A stretch of DNA of 64,000 nt from Candidatus Peribacteria bacterium (GTDB lineage: Bacteria > Patescibacteriota > Gracilibacteria > Peribacterales > Peribacteraceae). The position numbers and the translations under genes are program-made. Under the pieces are notes generated by a model that did no database searches, was not told where the DNA came from, and saw nothing but the letters and a program-made list of their open reading frames with translations. This document shows, piece by piece, positions 15,753 to 24,851 of this stretch. The DNA lies in contig JBEPVF010000004.1 in NCBI GenBank assembly GCA_041691135.1, positions 29,833 through 93,832 of the forward strand. The letters run 5' to 3'. Within the stretch, counting starts at the first letter, position 1. Each line of letters starts with the position of its first letter.

Positions 15753-18086
15753 ATGAAGCTTCCCTCCTTCCCCCTCGTCGTCCTCGATACCGAAACGACA
15801 GGATTTGTGCCGCGTGTGCATAAAGTGATTGAATTTGCCTCAATGCGGCTCGAGAAAGGCAAAGTGGTCGATGAATACGAAGAGCTGCTGTACGCCAAAG
15901 AAGTACCAGCGGTGGTGGAAGTGCTCACGCGCATCAAGACCGCAGATGTCGTAGGGAAACCCCCGTTCGAGGAGCGCCGCGAACGCATCATCGAAGCAAT
16001 CGGCCCGGACACGCTCATTGTGGGACAGAACGTCGGCTTCGATATTGGCATGCTCAAAGGCGAAGGAATTGATCTGAGCGATCGCCCATGGATCGACACC
16101 TCGATGCTCGCATCGCTCGTGTTTCCGGAACTCGAGAGTTACTCACTGGGATATTTGAGTTCCGTTTTAAAGTTGGATCACCATCCCGTGCACCGTGCAC
16201 TGGGTGATGTGCGTGCCACGCTCGAATTGCTCGCCAAATGCTGGGGGCGGTTGCTCGAGTTACCGGAGGATCTTCTCACCCAAGCGAAGAGCATCATGAT
16301 GCAGTCCACGCCAGGCTATCGCGCACTCTTTGACGCACTGCCTCCTGCGACGCACAAAAAACGTCCAGTGTGGCTTGATGAATGGAAGCAAACGACACGT
16401 CACGATGCGGCTACGCTGCATATGACGATTGATATTTCGCCGGCCAACGACGGAACCATCACGCTGCTGGAGGAACCGCTCGATCCGACATTTTTGAAGC
16501 AGGCAATGCATCACATGGGTGAACAAAAAGGAACGACCCACTGGCTCGCCGTCAAAAATATCGAGGCCGCGGCCAGCCGTCTGCACGGAGTGGATGACGC
16601 CATACTGCGCACGGTCTACCCACCTTTCCTCCTTCTCGACCCGACTGCCGCCGAACACCTGCTCTCACAAGAAAATTTTACCGCCGACGAAGCGACATTG
16701 GCCGTCAAGCTCCACTGGTATCAGCCGCGACTGCGCGCTGATTTTCCGCTCCATGGCGGCGAAGAAGCGGTATGGAACGGCAAGGTGACGTGCACGGCGG
16801 ATTCCTCTGAGTATCTGGATCAGTTTACAAATCCTCCGCCCATTCTGCTGCTTGATCATCGTCAACTGCTGCGCATCGTTGCGGATACCGATCGCTCGGC
16901 ATCACTTGCCAAGCCCGAGACGCTGCATATTTTGATCGACGATGCATCAATGCTGGAAGACACTGCTACCCGTGCATTTGGTTGGCTGTGCGCCATCGAC
17001 GATATCCGCGCGGCGGCCGAAGGAAATCCTGTTCTGACCAAGTTCCTCGATGTCTTGCAGCTGTGGATCGAGAAAGTGCGCACAGGCCATGATTTGCATT
17101 ACCTGACCGAACAGAATCTCGGCAGCCCCGATGCACGCGGCCTACGTGAACAACTCGCATCAATCATCGCCGAACAATCGTTCTCGCCACAGATCCATCA
17201 GCACCTCGATTGTCTGGCAAAAGTCCTGGACCCGCACAATCTGCACGGACGCATCGTGTGGATCGAATTACGCCAGAATGGCAGTCAGTTGCTCCATGCC
17301 GCACCCGAACACGTCGGAGCGATGCTCAAGACGGCGCTATTCGACATCTATCGCACGACTCTGCTGATTCCTTCGAATCTGGCAGACACGCTGCAGGAAG
17401 TCCTGCCACCGGCAGCCAAAACCACCATCCGCACGCCAATCTCCAAAACACCCTGCCTGTTAGATATTTCGTTCGTTGCCGAACCTCCACTCGACGCACT
17501 CCTCACCGAACCACCCAGTGGAAAAACCATCATCCTTCTCTCCTCCAAAGGCACTATCGAAAATTTGTACGTAAAATACGCCGAAGAGCTGGAAGAACGT
17601 GGCATTACGCTTATCTGCCAGGGTGTCAGTGGCGGCCAGGGGCGCATGCAGGCCGAGTTCATCGCCGCGCACACGCCGGCAATCTGGTTGCTCACTCCGT
17701 GGACATTCGAAGGCATTGAACTTCCGCCGCACTCCGTCGAACACCTGGTTCTGCACACACTCCCATTCGATCATCCATCGCATCCCGTGCTGAGCAAGCG
17801 TGCGCAGCGCTACAAGAACTCTTTCACTGATTACATGCTTCCACGGCTCACGCAGCGTTTGTTTCGCCTGTTGCGCGCCTATTGCCGCATGCGGACTGCC
17901 GATGGCGACGTGCGTATTCTGGACGAACGACTGCACAGCAAAGCGTATGGCAAGACACTCAAGAAATATCTGAGCTCGTTCACAGCGACAGGAGCGACCG
18001 AAGAGAATCAAACCATTCAAGGGACTCAAAAGAGTCACGAGAAAAAGACAGGCAAGAAAGATGCAGATCAGTTGAAACTATTTTGA
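15753..18086 (+). CDS. dinG: DinG-like protein: DnaQ-type 3'-5' exonuclease fused to a degenerate DinG/XPD helicase scaffold
   Basis: Exo motifs VVLDTETTGF (ExoI), GQNVGFDIGML (ExoII) and HRALGDVRAT (ExoIII). C-terminal Helicase_C_2-like block GKTIILLSSKG...LLTPWTFEGIELP...LPFDHPSHPV. The ATG at 15753 is in frame with the track ORF and follows the stop of the previous gene. Confidence 0.75.
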   Translation: MKLPSFPLVVLDTETTGFVPRVHKVIEFASMRLEKGKVVDEYEELLYAKEVPAVVEVLTRIKTADVVGKPPFEERRERIIEAIGPDTLIVGQNVGFDIGMLKGEGIDLSDRPWIDTSMLASLVFPELESYSLGYLSSVLKLDHHPVHRALGDVRATLELLAKCWGRLLELPEDLLTQAKSIMMQSTPGYRALFDALPPATHKKRPVWLDEWKQTTRHDAATLHMTIDISPANDGTITLLEEPLDPTFLKQAMHHMGEQKGTTHWLAVKNIEAAASRLHGVDDAILRTVYPPFLLLDPTAAEHLLSQENFTADEATLAVKLHWYQPRLRADFPLHGGEEAVWNGKVTCTADSSEYLDQFTNPPPILLLDHRQLLRIVADTDRSASLAKPETLHILIDDASMLEDTATRAFGWLCAIDDIRAAAEGNPVLTKFLDVLQLWIEKVRTGHDLHYLTEQNLGSPDARGLREQLASIIAEQSFSPQIHQHLDCLAKVLDPHNLHGRIVWIELRQNGSQLLHAAPEHVGAMLKTALFDIYRTTLLIPSNLADTLQEVLPPAAKTTIRTPISKTPCLLDISFVAEPPLDALLTEPPSGKTIILLSSKGTIENLYVKYAEELEERGITLICQGVSGGQGRMQAEFIAAHTPAIWLLTPWTFEGIELPPHSVEHLVLHTLPFDHPSHPVLSKRAQRYKNSFTDYMLPRLTQRLFRLLRAYCRMRTADGDVRILDERLHSKAYGKTLKKYLSSFTATGATEENQTIQGTQKSHEKKTGKKDADQLKLF

Positions 18087-18108
18087 ACTCCCACTTCAAA
18101 CCTATTCC

Positions 18109-19503
18109 CTAGTCTGCCCCCTGTCTTCCGATCACCACGAACAACGTCCGCCACAACACCCACAAATCCAATGGAATCGACCACTCTTCGATGTACTGCA
18201 GGTCCAACCGCACTTCGTCTTCGAACTTCAGGTCTGATCGTCCTGCTACTTGAGCGAGCCCGGTAATGCCGGGTTTGACGGCAAATACCCGGCGCTGCTC
18301 CTGGCGATAATATTGCACTTCTTCCAGCAGATGCGGCCGCGGGCCGACCAGCGACATCTGTCCTACGAGAACATTGAAAAGTTGCGGTAACTCGTCGAGC
18401 GACCAGCGTCGCAGCACGCGACCTACGCGCGTCACACGCGGATCGTTCTTAATTTTGAACAACGGCCCGTCCCGCCGATGGTTGAGCTGTGTCAGTTCTT
18501 CTTTGCGTATATCCGCATCGCGCACCATCGACCGGAACTTAATCACACGAACCATACTGCGGCCGTACTGGCCCACCCGGCGCGATTGATAGAAGATCGG
18601 CCAGCCACTATCGATCAGAATGAAGATGGAAATGAGAAGCAGTACCGGCGATAAAATAACCAGCAGAAGAGCGCTCATACACAAATCGAACGTCCGTTTA
18701 AGAATACGTCCCCATCCATCCAGCGGCGTCGGCCGGAACCGCATGAGCGGCAGGAGTCCGAGCCGATCCACCTCGAGCATATGCGGCACATCAGCCAGTA
18801 CCGGTGGCAAAAAACCATAACCGATATGATGATTGCGGCAGTATTCGATGAGCGCAATCGTGCCGTCACTCTGCGGTGTGGGATCCGTTTGCAGAACCAG
18901 ATCCAGTTCACGCTGCAGCGCCATGCGTTGCAATCCGGCCAGATCACTCACGTGCCCCAGATACGCATAATGATAATCCATCGTGAGCGTCTCGCGGGCC
19001 AGGCCCTGCAGCGGTTTCGCTCCCACCGAGAGAACCGTGACGCGCCCGATGCCCAGCGTGAGCAGGGAACGTTGCAGAAGTAACAGTGACGCGCGGGCCA
19101 GACCGACGAAGAGAATGATGAACACCGTGCCGTGCATGAGCAGGACACGCGAGAAAAAGAGCTGTTTGAGCACCAGGAAGTACCATGCAATCACCAGCCC
19201 CACCCAGAACAGCGCCGCCACCATGATGCGCCCGGCCTCGGCCCACGCGCCGAATGTCGTGCGCAGTGTGTAGAGCCCAAGAAAAGCGGACAAGATGAGA
19301 TACGTCAGCATTCCTGGAATGACAAACGTCGACAGATAATAGCTGATCGGCGGAAGCGAGTGAGCCGGATCGAGCAACTGGATGCCGGGCACCAAATCGA
19401 CATTGGCCTCGCGCAACCGATAGCTGAGCAGGAGCGATGCGGCCACCGCCAACGCATCCACGGGCAACCGGACCACCCCGAAGACTGCTTCGGATTTCTT
19501 CAT
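18109..19503 (-). CDS. undecaprenyl-phosphate sugar phosphotransferase (WbaP/EpsB-type 'bacterial sugar transferase')
   Basis: Multi-TM N-terminus followed by KRTFDLCMSALLLVILSPVLL...PIFYQSRRVGQYG..IKFRSM...DELPQLFNVLVGQMSLVGPRP. Confidence 0.85.
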   Translation of the reverse strand: MKKSEAVFGVVRLPVDALAVAASLLLSYRLREANVDLVPGIQLLDPAHSLPPISYYLSTFVIPGMLTYLILSAFLGLYTLRTTFGAWAEAGRIMVAALFWVGLVIAWYFLVLKQLFFSRVLLMHGTVFIILFVGLARASLLLLQRSLLTLGIGRVTVLSVGAKPLQGLARETLTMDYHYAYLGHVSDLAGLQRMALQRELDLVLQTDPTPQSDGTIALIEYCRNHHIGYGFLPPVLADVPHMLEVDRLGLLPLMRFRPTPLDGWGRILKRTFDLCMSALLLVILSPVLLLISIFILIDSGWPIFYQSRRVGQYGRSMVRVIKFRSMVRDADIRKEELTQLNHRRDGPLFKIKNDPRVTRVGRVLRRWSLDELPQLFNVLVGQMSLVGPRPHLLEEVQYYRQEQRRVFAVKPGITGLAQVAGRSDLKFEDEVRLDLQYIEEWSIPLDLWVLWRTLFVVIGRQGAD

Positions 19504-19576
19504 GCGGGTAGTGTACTACGGGAAATGGCGAAAGACCGCATGGGAATGGCAATTGACCGGCTGTCGCCAAAAATTC

Positions 19577-19945
19577 CTACAGATACTCCATTACTTTATC
19601 CGCCACCTCCTCAATTCCCATCAAATTCTTGATCAAATACTCTTTAACGCCCGCTTCCATACACCGCGCACGGAATTCGTCATTCTGGTAGTGCGTAAGA
19701 ACGAGAACTGGAAATTCATATTTTTGGACGCGCAAATGCTCAAGAACACCAAAGCCATCCTCTTTCGGCATGCGCAGATCGAGAACCATGATGTGCGGCT
19801 GTTCACGATCGATGATCTGCATTGCATCTTGGCCGTCTTCCGCAATCAGCAATTCGACATTGTCGTGATTTCTCCGCTCAAATTCAAATGCCAGTAACTT
19901 CTGGAACACGATGTCGTCATCAGCAATCAGGATGCGTTTGCGCAT
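19577..19945 (-). CDS. single-domain response regulator (CheY-like receiver)
   Basis: MRKRILIADDD..., phospho-acceptor context IMVLDLRMPKEDGF, VLVLTHY and the conserved Lys region. The longer track ORF would run through the tRNA gene, so the ATG at 19945 is used. Confidence 0.85.
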   Translation of the reverse strand: MRKRILIADDDIVFQKLLAFEFERRNHDNVELLIAEDGQDAMQIIDREQPHIMVLDLRMPKEDGFGVLEHLRVQKYEFPVLVLTHYQNDEFRARCMEAGVKEYLIKNLMGIEEVADKVMEYL

Positions 19946-20036
19946 AAATGAACGGGGACAGGTAAGCCTCCAGTATAGCAAAAATAGGAGAATGCTCAAC
20001 CACGTACTGTGGTGACTGCACCACAGACGCTTTACA

Positions 20037-20111
20037 TGGAGCCGCTTCGGGGACTTGAACCCCGGACCCACCGCTTACAAGGCGGTTGCTCTACCACTGA
20101 GCTAAAGCGGC
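20037..20111 (-). tRNA. tRNA-Thr (anticodon UGU), CCA encoded
   Basis: Reverse complement folds as a cloverleaf: GCCGCTT/AAGCGGC acceptor, GCTC-AGTGGTA-GAGC D arm, ACCGC-CTTGTAA-GCGGT anticodon arm (TGT) and CGGGG-TTCAAGT-CCCCG T arm, followed by TCCA. Confidence 0.9.
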
Positions 20112-20273
20112 ATAAGACCTATTTACTATGCTCTGCCACTGTCTGTCCACCGGAGCCAAGCGGCGAAGGTGGAAGCTAAAGCGGCAGACGGTATGTCTGC
20201 TATCAATTCTGACTGAAGTATCAATTATCGATTCTCAATTATCAATTCAAAAGCCCTCAAGTCCTCATATTGC

Positions 20274-20301
20274 TTGATAGCATTACAATTCGGCCTATAC
20301 T
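20274..20301 (+). promoter_or_regulatory. sigma70-type promoter of rnpB
   Basis: TTGATA (20274-20279), a 16-nt spacer, then TATACT (20296-20301), placed 5-6 nt before the predicted P1 5' strand. Confidence 0.6.
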
Positions 20302-20302
20302 C

Positions 20303-20705
20303 CCTTTCCTGCTCTTTCGATGATCGCCCTTTAGCGACGCTTGCGTCTGCTACGGGGAGGAACGTCCGGGCACTACTGGAACGCCCTATGGGTAACACCC
20401 ATCCACGTGTCATATATCAAGTAAAGGCGCGTGAGGACCAGTGCCACAGAGACGAGTCCCTTCAGTGGGAAGTGAAACGCCTCGGAGTACCGAGGATTGC
20501 GGCTTGCCGCGATAGGTAAACTCTGGGTAGTGCAAGGAGGAATTGGGCGGAAGGACCCGATGATGGTTCCGTCATCCCGTCCGCGCCTCCGCATTGAGGT
20601 GATGAGCAATCATTGCCCCAGAGAGATGATCATCCATCATGCAGAACACGCTGACGCGTGAACTACGTGACCGACAGAACCCGGCGTATGAAAGGGCAGG
20701 ACAAA
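20303..20705 (+). ncRNA. rnpB: RNase P RNA, bacterial type A
   Basis: Conserved blocks: GGGAGGAACGTCCGGGCAC (P4 5' strand), GTGCCACAGAGACGAG, GGTAAACTCTGGGTAGTGCAAGG and GACAGAACCCGGCGTATG (P4 3' strand). P1 pairing is TCCTGCTCTTTC (20307-20318) with GAAAGGGCAGGA (20690-20701). Ends are approximate. Confidence 0.9.
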
Positions 20706-20707
20706 GA

Positions 20708-20732
20708 ACAGGAATACGATTTCCTGTTTTTT
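20708..20732 (+). terminator. intrinsic terminator after rnpB
   Basis: ACAGGAA-TACGAT-TTCCTGT followed by TTTTT. It faces the 3' end of the convergent histidine kinase gene. Confidence 0.7.
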
Positions 20733-20745
20733 AGTACCTTCAAAT

Positions 20746-23049
20746 TTACTTCTGGCCACCTTGTCCTGGGTCTGTCGAAGGACTGGCCATTGTCTTCTGG
20801 TCACTCGTCAACGGTAGTGTGACTGTGAACACCGTTCCCTTCCCTTCGGTACTGACGAAGGAAATCGTTCCGCCGAGGCTCTCGATAGTCCGCTTGGCGA
20901 TGTAGAGACCCAAACCGGTCCCATCCGTATCTTTTTGGCGAATATTATGTGCACGGAAGAAACGTTCGAATATGCGCTTCTGTTCGCTGGCAGGAATGCC
21001 CATGCCATGGTCTTCCACGGTGATGGCAAGTCCCGTCGGATTGACTGCCAAGGAGACATGGATCTCGCTGCCTGCATTGGAGTACTTTACGGCGTTGGCA
21101 ACCAGATTCTGCAGCACGACTTCCAACAGAACCGGATCCGTCGACAAGGGGGTCGGTTGTTCCGGCAAAGACATAGTAAGGCGAATAGTCGCCGCTTGTG
21201 CCATCGATTCGTTATCGTGCACGATACGCGTGAGGAACGCATTTACATCGATTTGCTGCGCTTCGCCTGCGGCATAATTCCCTTCTTCCAAACGTGCCGC
21301 CCGCAGCAATCCGTCAAGAACGCTAGCCATACGGGCCGAGGAAGCGGAGATCTCTTTGATGAATGCCTTTTGTTCCTCGGAGAGTGCGCCGTTCTCTTCG
21401 CCCATCAGCTCCAGGTTCCACCGCACGGCCGACAGCGGTGTGCGCAGTTGATGCGATGCGAGCGTGATGAATTCCGACTTCATGTAATCAATCTGACGAT
21501 CCTCGGTCATATCCTGGAACATGACGATGGCTCCCAATAGCTTCTGATCCATCAACAGCGGCGTGACGGTCAGTACAACCGGCAACAGCGTCTGATCTTT
21601 CTTGAGCAGACTGAGATGCATGAACGAATTGCTGTGATAGCTCTTCTGGTTGGCAAGCGCTACGGTGACCGGATGAGTGGCCGGTGCTTCTTCGACGTGA
21701 CGCTGAGAGATATGCAACATATCGGTTGCAGCCTTGCCATGGAACTCCTCAGCGCTGAAGCCAAGCAGTTTTAACGCAGCTGGATTTGTATCGGTGATGA
21801 TGCCCTGCGTATCGATCGTCAACACGCCCGACTCGATACTGTCGAGAATGGCGCGATCAAGTGCCGATTCTTTCTCCAGATCCGCCGTGCGCTCGGCCAC
21901 AAGTTCTTCCAGGTGATCGTAGGTTTTTTTGAGACGCGATGTGAGATCGGCAATGACGCGATCGAGTACTTCGACTTCATCGCCCGTATGCACCGAACGA
22001 CCGAACGACCAGTGGCCGGGTTTGAGCAGATGCAATCGGGATGACACCCGCAGCAGAGGAGCAGTGAGGGACGTGGCCAGAAAGAATCCGATAATACCGG
22101 CGCAGATCATGAGCAGAATGCTGATCACGAACAGCTGTGTGGCGAACGTACTCACGCCGACCAGCGCCGTTTCACGGTCAATGGCGACTACCATGCCCCA
22201 TCCCAACGACGGGATGAAACGGTAAGCTGTCAGAACCGATGTTCCTGCCGAATTGATGATCTTCTGCTGACCTTCGTTGCCGGCAATGGCACGATTGAGC
22301 AGAGTGGCTTCGGCCGATTTCTGATTCGGCGCACCGAGCGAAAAAGAATGCAGATTGTCTTTCTCCAGCGAATGATGCAGGAGAGAAACATCTCCCATTA
22401 CGATGCGGCCGAGTACGATCTCGGTTCCATCATCGATTCCCATTGTACCAAACACATGCGTCAGCAACGGCGTGGCATCGTAGCGAAGCGCCAGCGTACC
22501 GATATCATTATGTGCATTGTCGTGAATCGATGCATATACATCATATCCACGCCATGTCCCAATATCGTCGACAAACGGCACCAACGTAGTTGCGCCAACG
22601 ACCGAAGGCACCGCACTGGTGAGTCCGACACTGGTGAGCAGGTGTTGATGGGTATCGAATACACTGATGCCAAGCAATGGTATGCCGTTTGCGCGTTGCT
22701 GTTCCAAAATGCGCGCTGCATCGGACTGACCCGCTGTTTGCATTAAGGCACGCACCTCCGGCCGATCAGCCAAAAACGCACTGCGCTCACGATCGTATTG
22801 CAGATTGGATTCCAAAATATCCTTACGCGCACTTGCCATCGCCGAAATTTGTTCAAGCATTCGGTCGGCAAGCAATGTTCGCGCCACCAAAATTGATAAA
22901 AGTGAGATAACGGCAATCGCCAGTGCCGCTACCAGCATGGATTCACGGACAATGCGGAAACGGAGCGACTTCCGAGGCGAGAAGCCCGTCGCATTGGCAC
23001 CGGTCACGCGTTTATGAGCGGGAGGATGTTTCATGTCTGTTTTGTACAA
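20746..23049 (-). CDS. sensor histidine kinase (TM - extracytoplasmic sensor - TM - HAMP - PAS - HisKA - HATPase_c)
   Basis: Two TM segments flank a ~270-aa outside domain. H-box FITLASHQLRTPLSAV, N-box NLVANAVKYS, G-boxes EDHGMGIP and GTGLGLYI. Confidence 0.85.
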   Translation of the reverse strand: MYKTDMKHPPAHKRVTGANATGFSPRKSLRFRIVRESMLVAALAIAVISLLSILVARTLLADRMLEQISAMASARKDILESNLQYDRERSAFLADRPEVRALMQTAGQSDAARILEQQRANGIPLLGISVFDTHQHLLTSVGLTSAVPSVVGATTLVPFVDDIGTWRGYDVYASIHDNAHNDIGTLALRYDATPLLTHVFGTMGIDDGTEIVLGRIVMGDVSLLHHSLEKDNLHSFSLGAPNQKSAEATLLNRAIAGNEGQQKIINSAGTSVLTAYRFIPSLGWGMVVAIDRETALVGVSTFATQLFVISILLMICAGIIGFFLATSLTAPLLRVSSRLHLLKPGHWSFGRSVHTGDEVEVLDRVIADLTSRLKKTYDHLEELVAERTADLEKESALDRAILDSIESGVLTIDTQGIITDTNPAALKLLGFSAEEFHGKAATDMLHISQRHVEEAPATHPVTVALANQKSYHSNSFMHLSLLKKDQTLLPVVLTVTPLLMDQKLLGAIVMFQDMTEDRQIDYMKSEFITLASHQLRTPLSAVRWNLELMGEENGALSEEQKAFIKEISASSARMASVLDGLLRAARLEEGNYAAGEAQQIDVNAFLTRIVHDNESMAQAATIRLTMSLPEQPTPLSTDPVLLEVVLQNLVANAVKYSNAGSEIHVSLAVNPTGLAITVEDHGMGIPASEQKRIFERFFRAHNIRQKDTDGTGLGLYIAKRTIESLGGTISFVSTEGKGTVFTVTLPLTSDQKTMASPSTDPGQGGQK

Positions 23050-23216
23050 GAATTATAGCACAAACAGGCAAAAAGGACCAGATGACAGGAGTGGTAAAGG
23101 AAACAGGGTACTCGGCAGCTAGAATTGCCAATAAGCTCTCTATTTTTAGTAGGAAAGCTAATTTACTGATACATGCATTTTGTAGCTTATTTTTGGCATT
23201 GATTCCCGCACTACGG

Positions 23217-23243
23217 AAAAAGCCTCCCTTTGCAGAGAGGCTT
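23217..23243 (-). terminator. intrinsic terminator ending the pilus operon
   Basis: Minus-strand AAGCCTC...GAGGCTT stem followed by TTTTCC, 22 nt after the pilin B stop. Confidence 0.65.
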
Positions 23244-23264
23244 CTTCGTTATCCTTGGGTTCTC

Positions 23265-23723
23265 TTAGCGTGATGCACTGATTGCAACACCACGGTCGCT
23301 CGTTGTAGCCGTGATGGTGATGCGGCTGTTCACCGGATCGCGCCAGATGCTGTAGCGAGTGCCGGTGGCTGTCTGGGCGGACGTGAGGGACGGGTCCTTC
23401 GGGACAGACACAATGTATGTACCAGTGAGAGAGCGGAGCGTGATGCCGCCAATGGACACACCGGCGCAGGTGGCATCATCCGTCGTCGACTGACAGATGG
23501 TCTTCGCTGTCGCTGCGGTCGTCGGGATGTTGGCATTCGGCAGGGCGCCGTTGTTATCGATTGCGTATTGATACACCGCGTTCAGGATGGTGTTCACGTC
23601 CGAACGACGCTGGGCGTTGCGTGCATCACCCAACTGCTTGGTGGGGTTGATGGCGACGATGACGATACTCGCGAGAATGGCGATGATGCCGATCACGAGG
23701 AGGAGTTCGATAAGGGTGAACCC
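23265..23723. repeat. inverted repeat arm B (pilin paralog), partner at 14550-15008
   Basis: See arm A. The identical core is at 23323-23550. Confidence 0.9.
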
Positions 23724-23759
23724 TTGCGTCGACCTCCGCGATAGAAAGCGGGACTTCAT
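23265..23759 (-). CDS. type IV pilin (major-pilin-like), copy B
   Basis: Leader [39 protein letters not shown]. The mature part is about 90% identical to copy A, including an identical 76-residue core. Confidence 0.85.
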   Translation of the reverse strand: MKSRFLSRRSTQGFTLIELLLVIGIIAILASIVIVAINPTKQLGDARNAQRRSDVNTILNAVYQYAIDNNGALPNANIPTTAATAKTICQSTTDDATCAGVSIGGITLRSLTGTYIVSVPKDPSLTSAQTATGTRYSIWRDPVNSRITITATTSDRGVAISASR

Positions 23760-23990
23760 AAGATAAAAGGGAAAAGAGGAATGAGAAAGAGAACCAAAGG
23801 GGATCTGGTTGGAAAGTATAGCAACACTCCGCGTGTACAGGAGCCGCTTTCGCTTGACGGTAATGTGAACGAAGTACGAAGTGTGAAGTGCGAGAATCGG
23901 AACGAATGAGAAAATAAAATAAAAATCACGGCCATTAATCCGTCTGTCGTTCCAACTTTTGCATTCATCAATCGCACATCATGTCCTTGA

Positions 23991-24623
23991 TCATGGCTTG
24001 CACGTGAGCGCCGCCGTACTTGTTCCGCATGCTCCGCTCGTGCAAGGATGCCATGTAAATGTGTCGGTTGTCGTACAGGCCGGAACCGCGCATCCGCACA
24101 GTCCTCCCTGCGGATCATCGTTGGGAAACAAGGTGAATGTCGTTTGGAACGTGCGCACATCGGTGGTGGATTCCAGCAATTGCACGCGCCGAGAGATCGT
24201 GAAGGTAATCGATGCACTCTGTCTTGTTGCGGATGCCGATGTATTGCGAGCGATGAGTTTGCTGACAATGACATCCGGCGTACTGATTATTTTTTCAGTC
24301 GTATGATTCACGATCACAATTTGTCCATCGCGCACCCCGATGATCGTAGGGTTGACGTCATCGGCGGAGCGCTGCAATGCAAGCACCGTTCCCGTTCCAC
24401 CGATCGACGGAGTCAGAACACGTTCGGCATCTTTGATCTGCTGCCCAAACACCTGCAATACATAATCGCCATTCCGTTGCACCGTAAAATCCGACTGTTG
24501 CCGCACCATGCTTTCGCCGGTGAACACCATGAACGGCACCAACAATCCGGCAACCAAGCCGAATACGACGATGAAGATCAGAAGTTCGATAAGTGTGACG
24601 CCACGCCTGTTGGTGGAGAGCAT
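23991..24623 (-). CDS. minor pseudopilin with Cys-rich C-terminal tail
   Basis: MLSTNRRG|VTLIELLIFIVVFGLVAGL prepilin-type N-terminus (ATG at 24623). The C-terminus CGCAVPACTTTDTFTWHPCTSGACGTSTAALTC carries 6 Cys. Confidence 0.7.
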   Translation of the reverse strand: MLSTNRRGVTLIELLIFIVVFGLVAGLLVPFMVFTGESMVRQQSDFTVQRNGDYVLQVFGQQIKDAERVLTPSIGGTGTVLALQRSADDVNPTIIGVRDGQIVIVNHTTEKIISTPDVIVSKLIARNTSASATRQSASITFTISRRVQLLESTTDVRTFQTTFTLFPNDDPQGGLCGCAVPACTTTDTFTWHPCTSGACGTSTAALTCKP

Positions 24624-24851
24624 GGATGGGATGGTAGCAGAGGGAATGTTAGAGAGGAAACTGACGTAACCGAAGTAACCGATGAGACCGAGGATTTTTA
24701 AAAAAAACGAACATAGGAAATAGCAGAGTGACCAAAAGTCATTCCGTATCAATTATTAAAAAATTTATATAGCCCTGAGACCCCCGCGTGCGATTTGCAT
24801 CGCGGCGGGGATCTCGGTAGGCAGGGACGTTTTGATGACGCCATCCTTGGC

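Noticed and set aside
19946-20071. N-terminal extension of the response-regulator ORF (track 19577-20071)
   Set aside because: The extension runs through the tRNA-Thr gene and adds non-receiver sequence. The internal ATG at 19945 gives a canonical CheY N-terminus.
20237-20251. 15-mer AATTATCAATTCAAA shared between the rnpB upstream region and 37230-37244 (just after the smpB stop)
   Set aside because: A back-of-envelope expectation for a random 15-mer match within 64 kb on both strands is of order one to a few, and higher in AT-rich spacers. It is not significant on its own. The local TATCAATT-like repeats upstream of rnpB remain a weak curiosity only.
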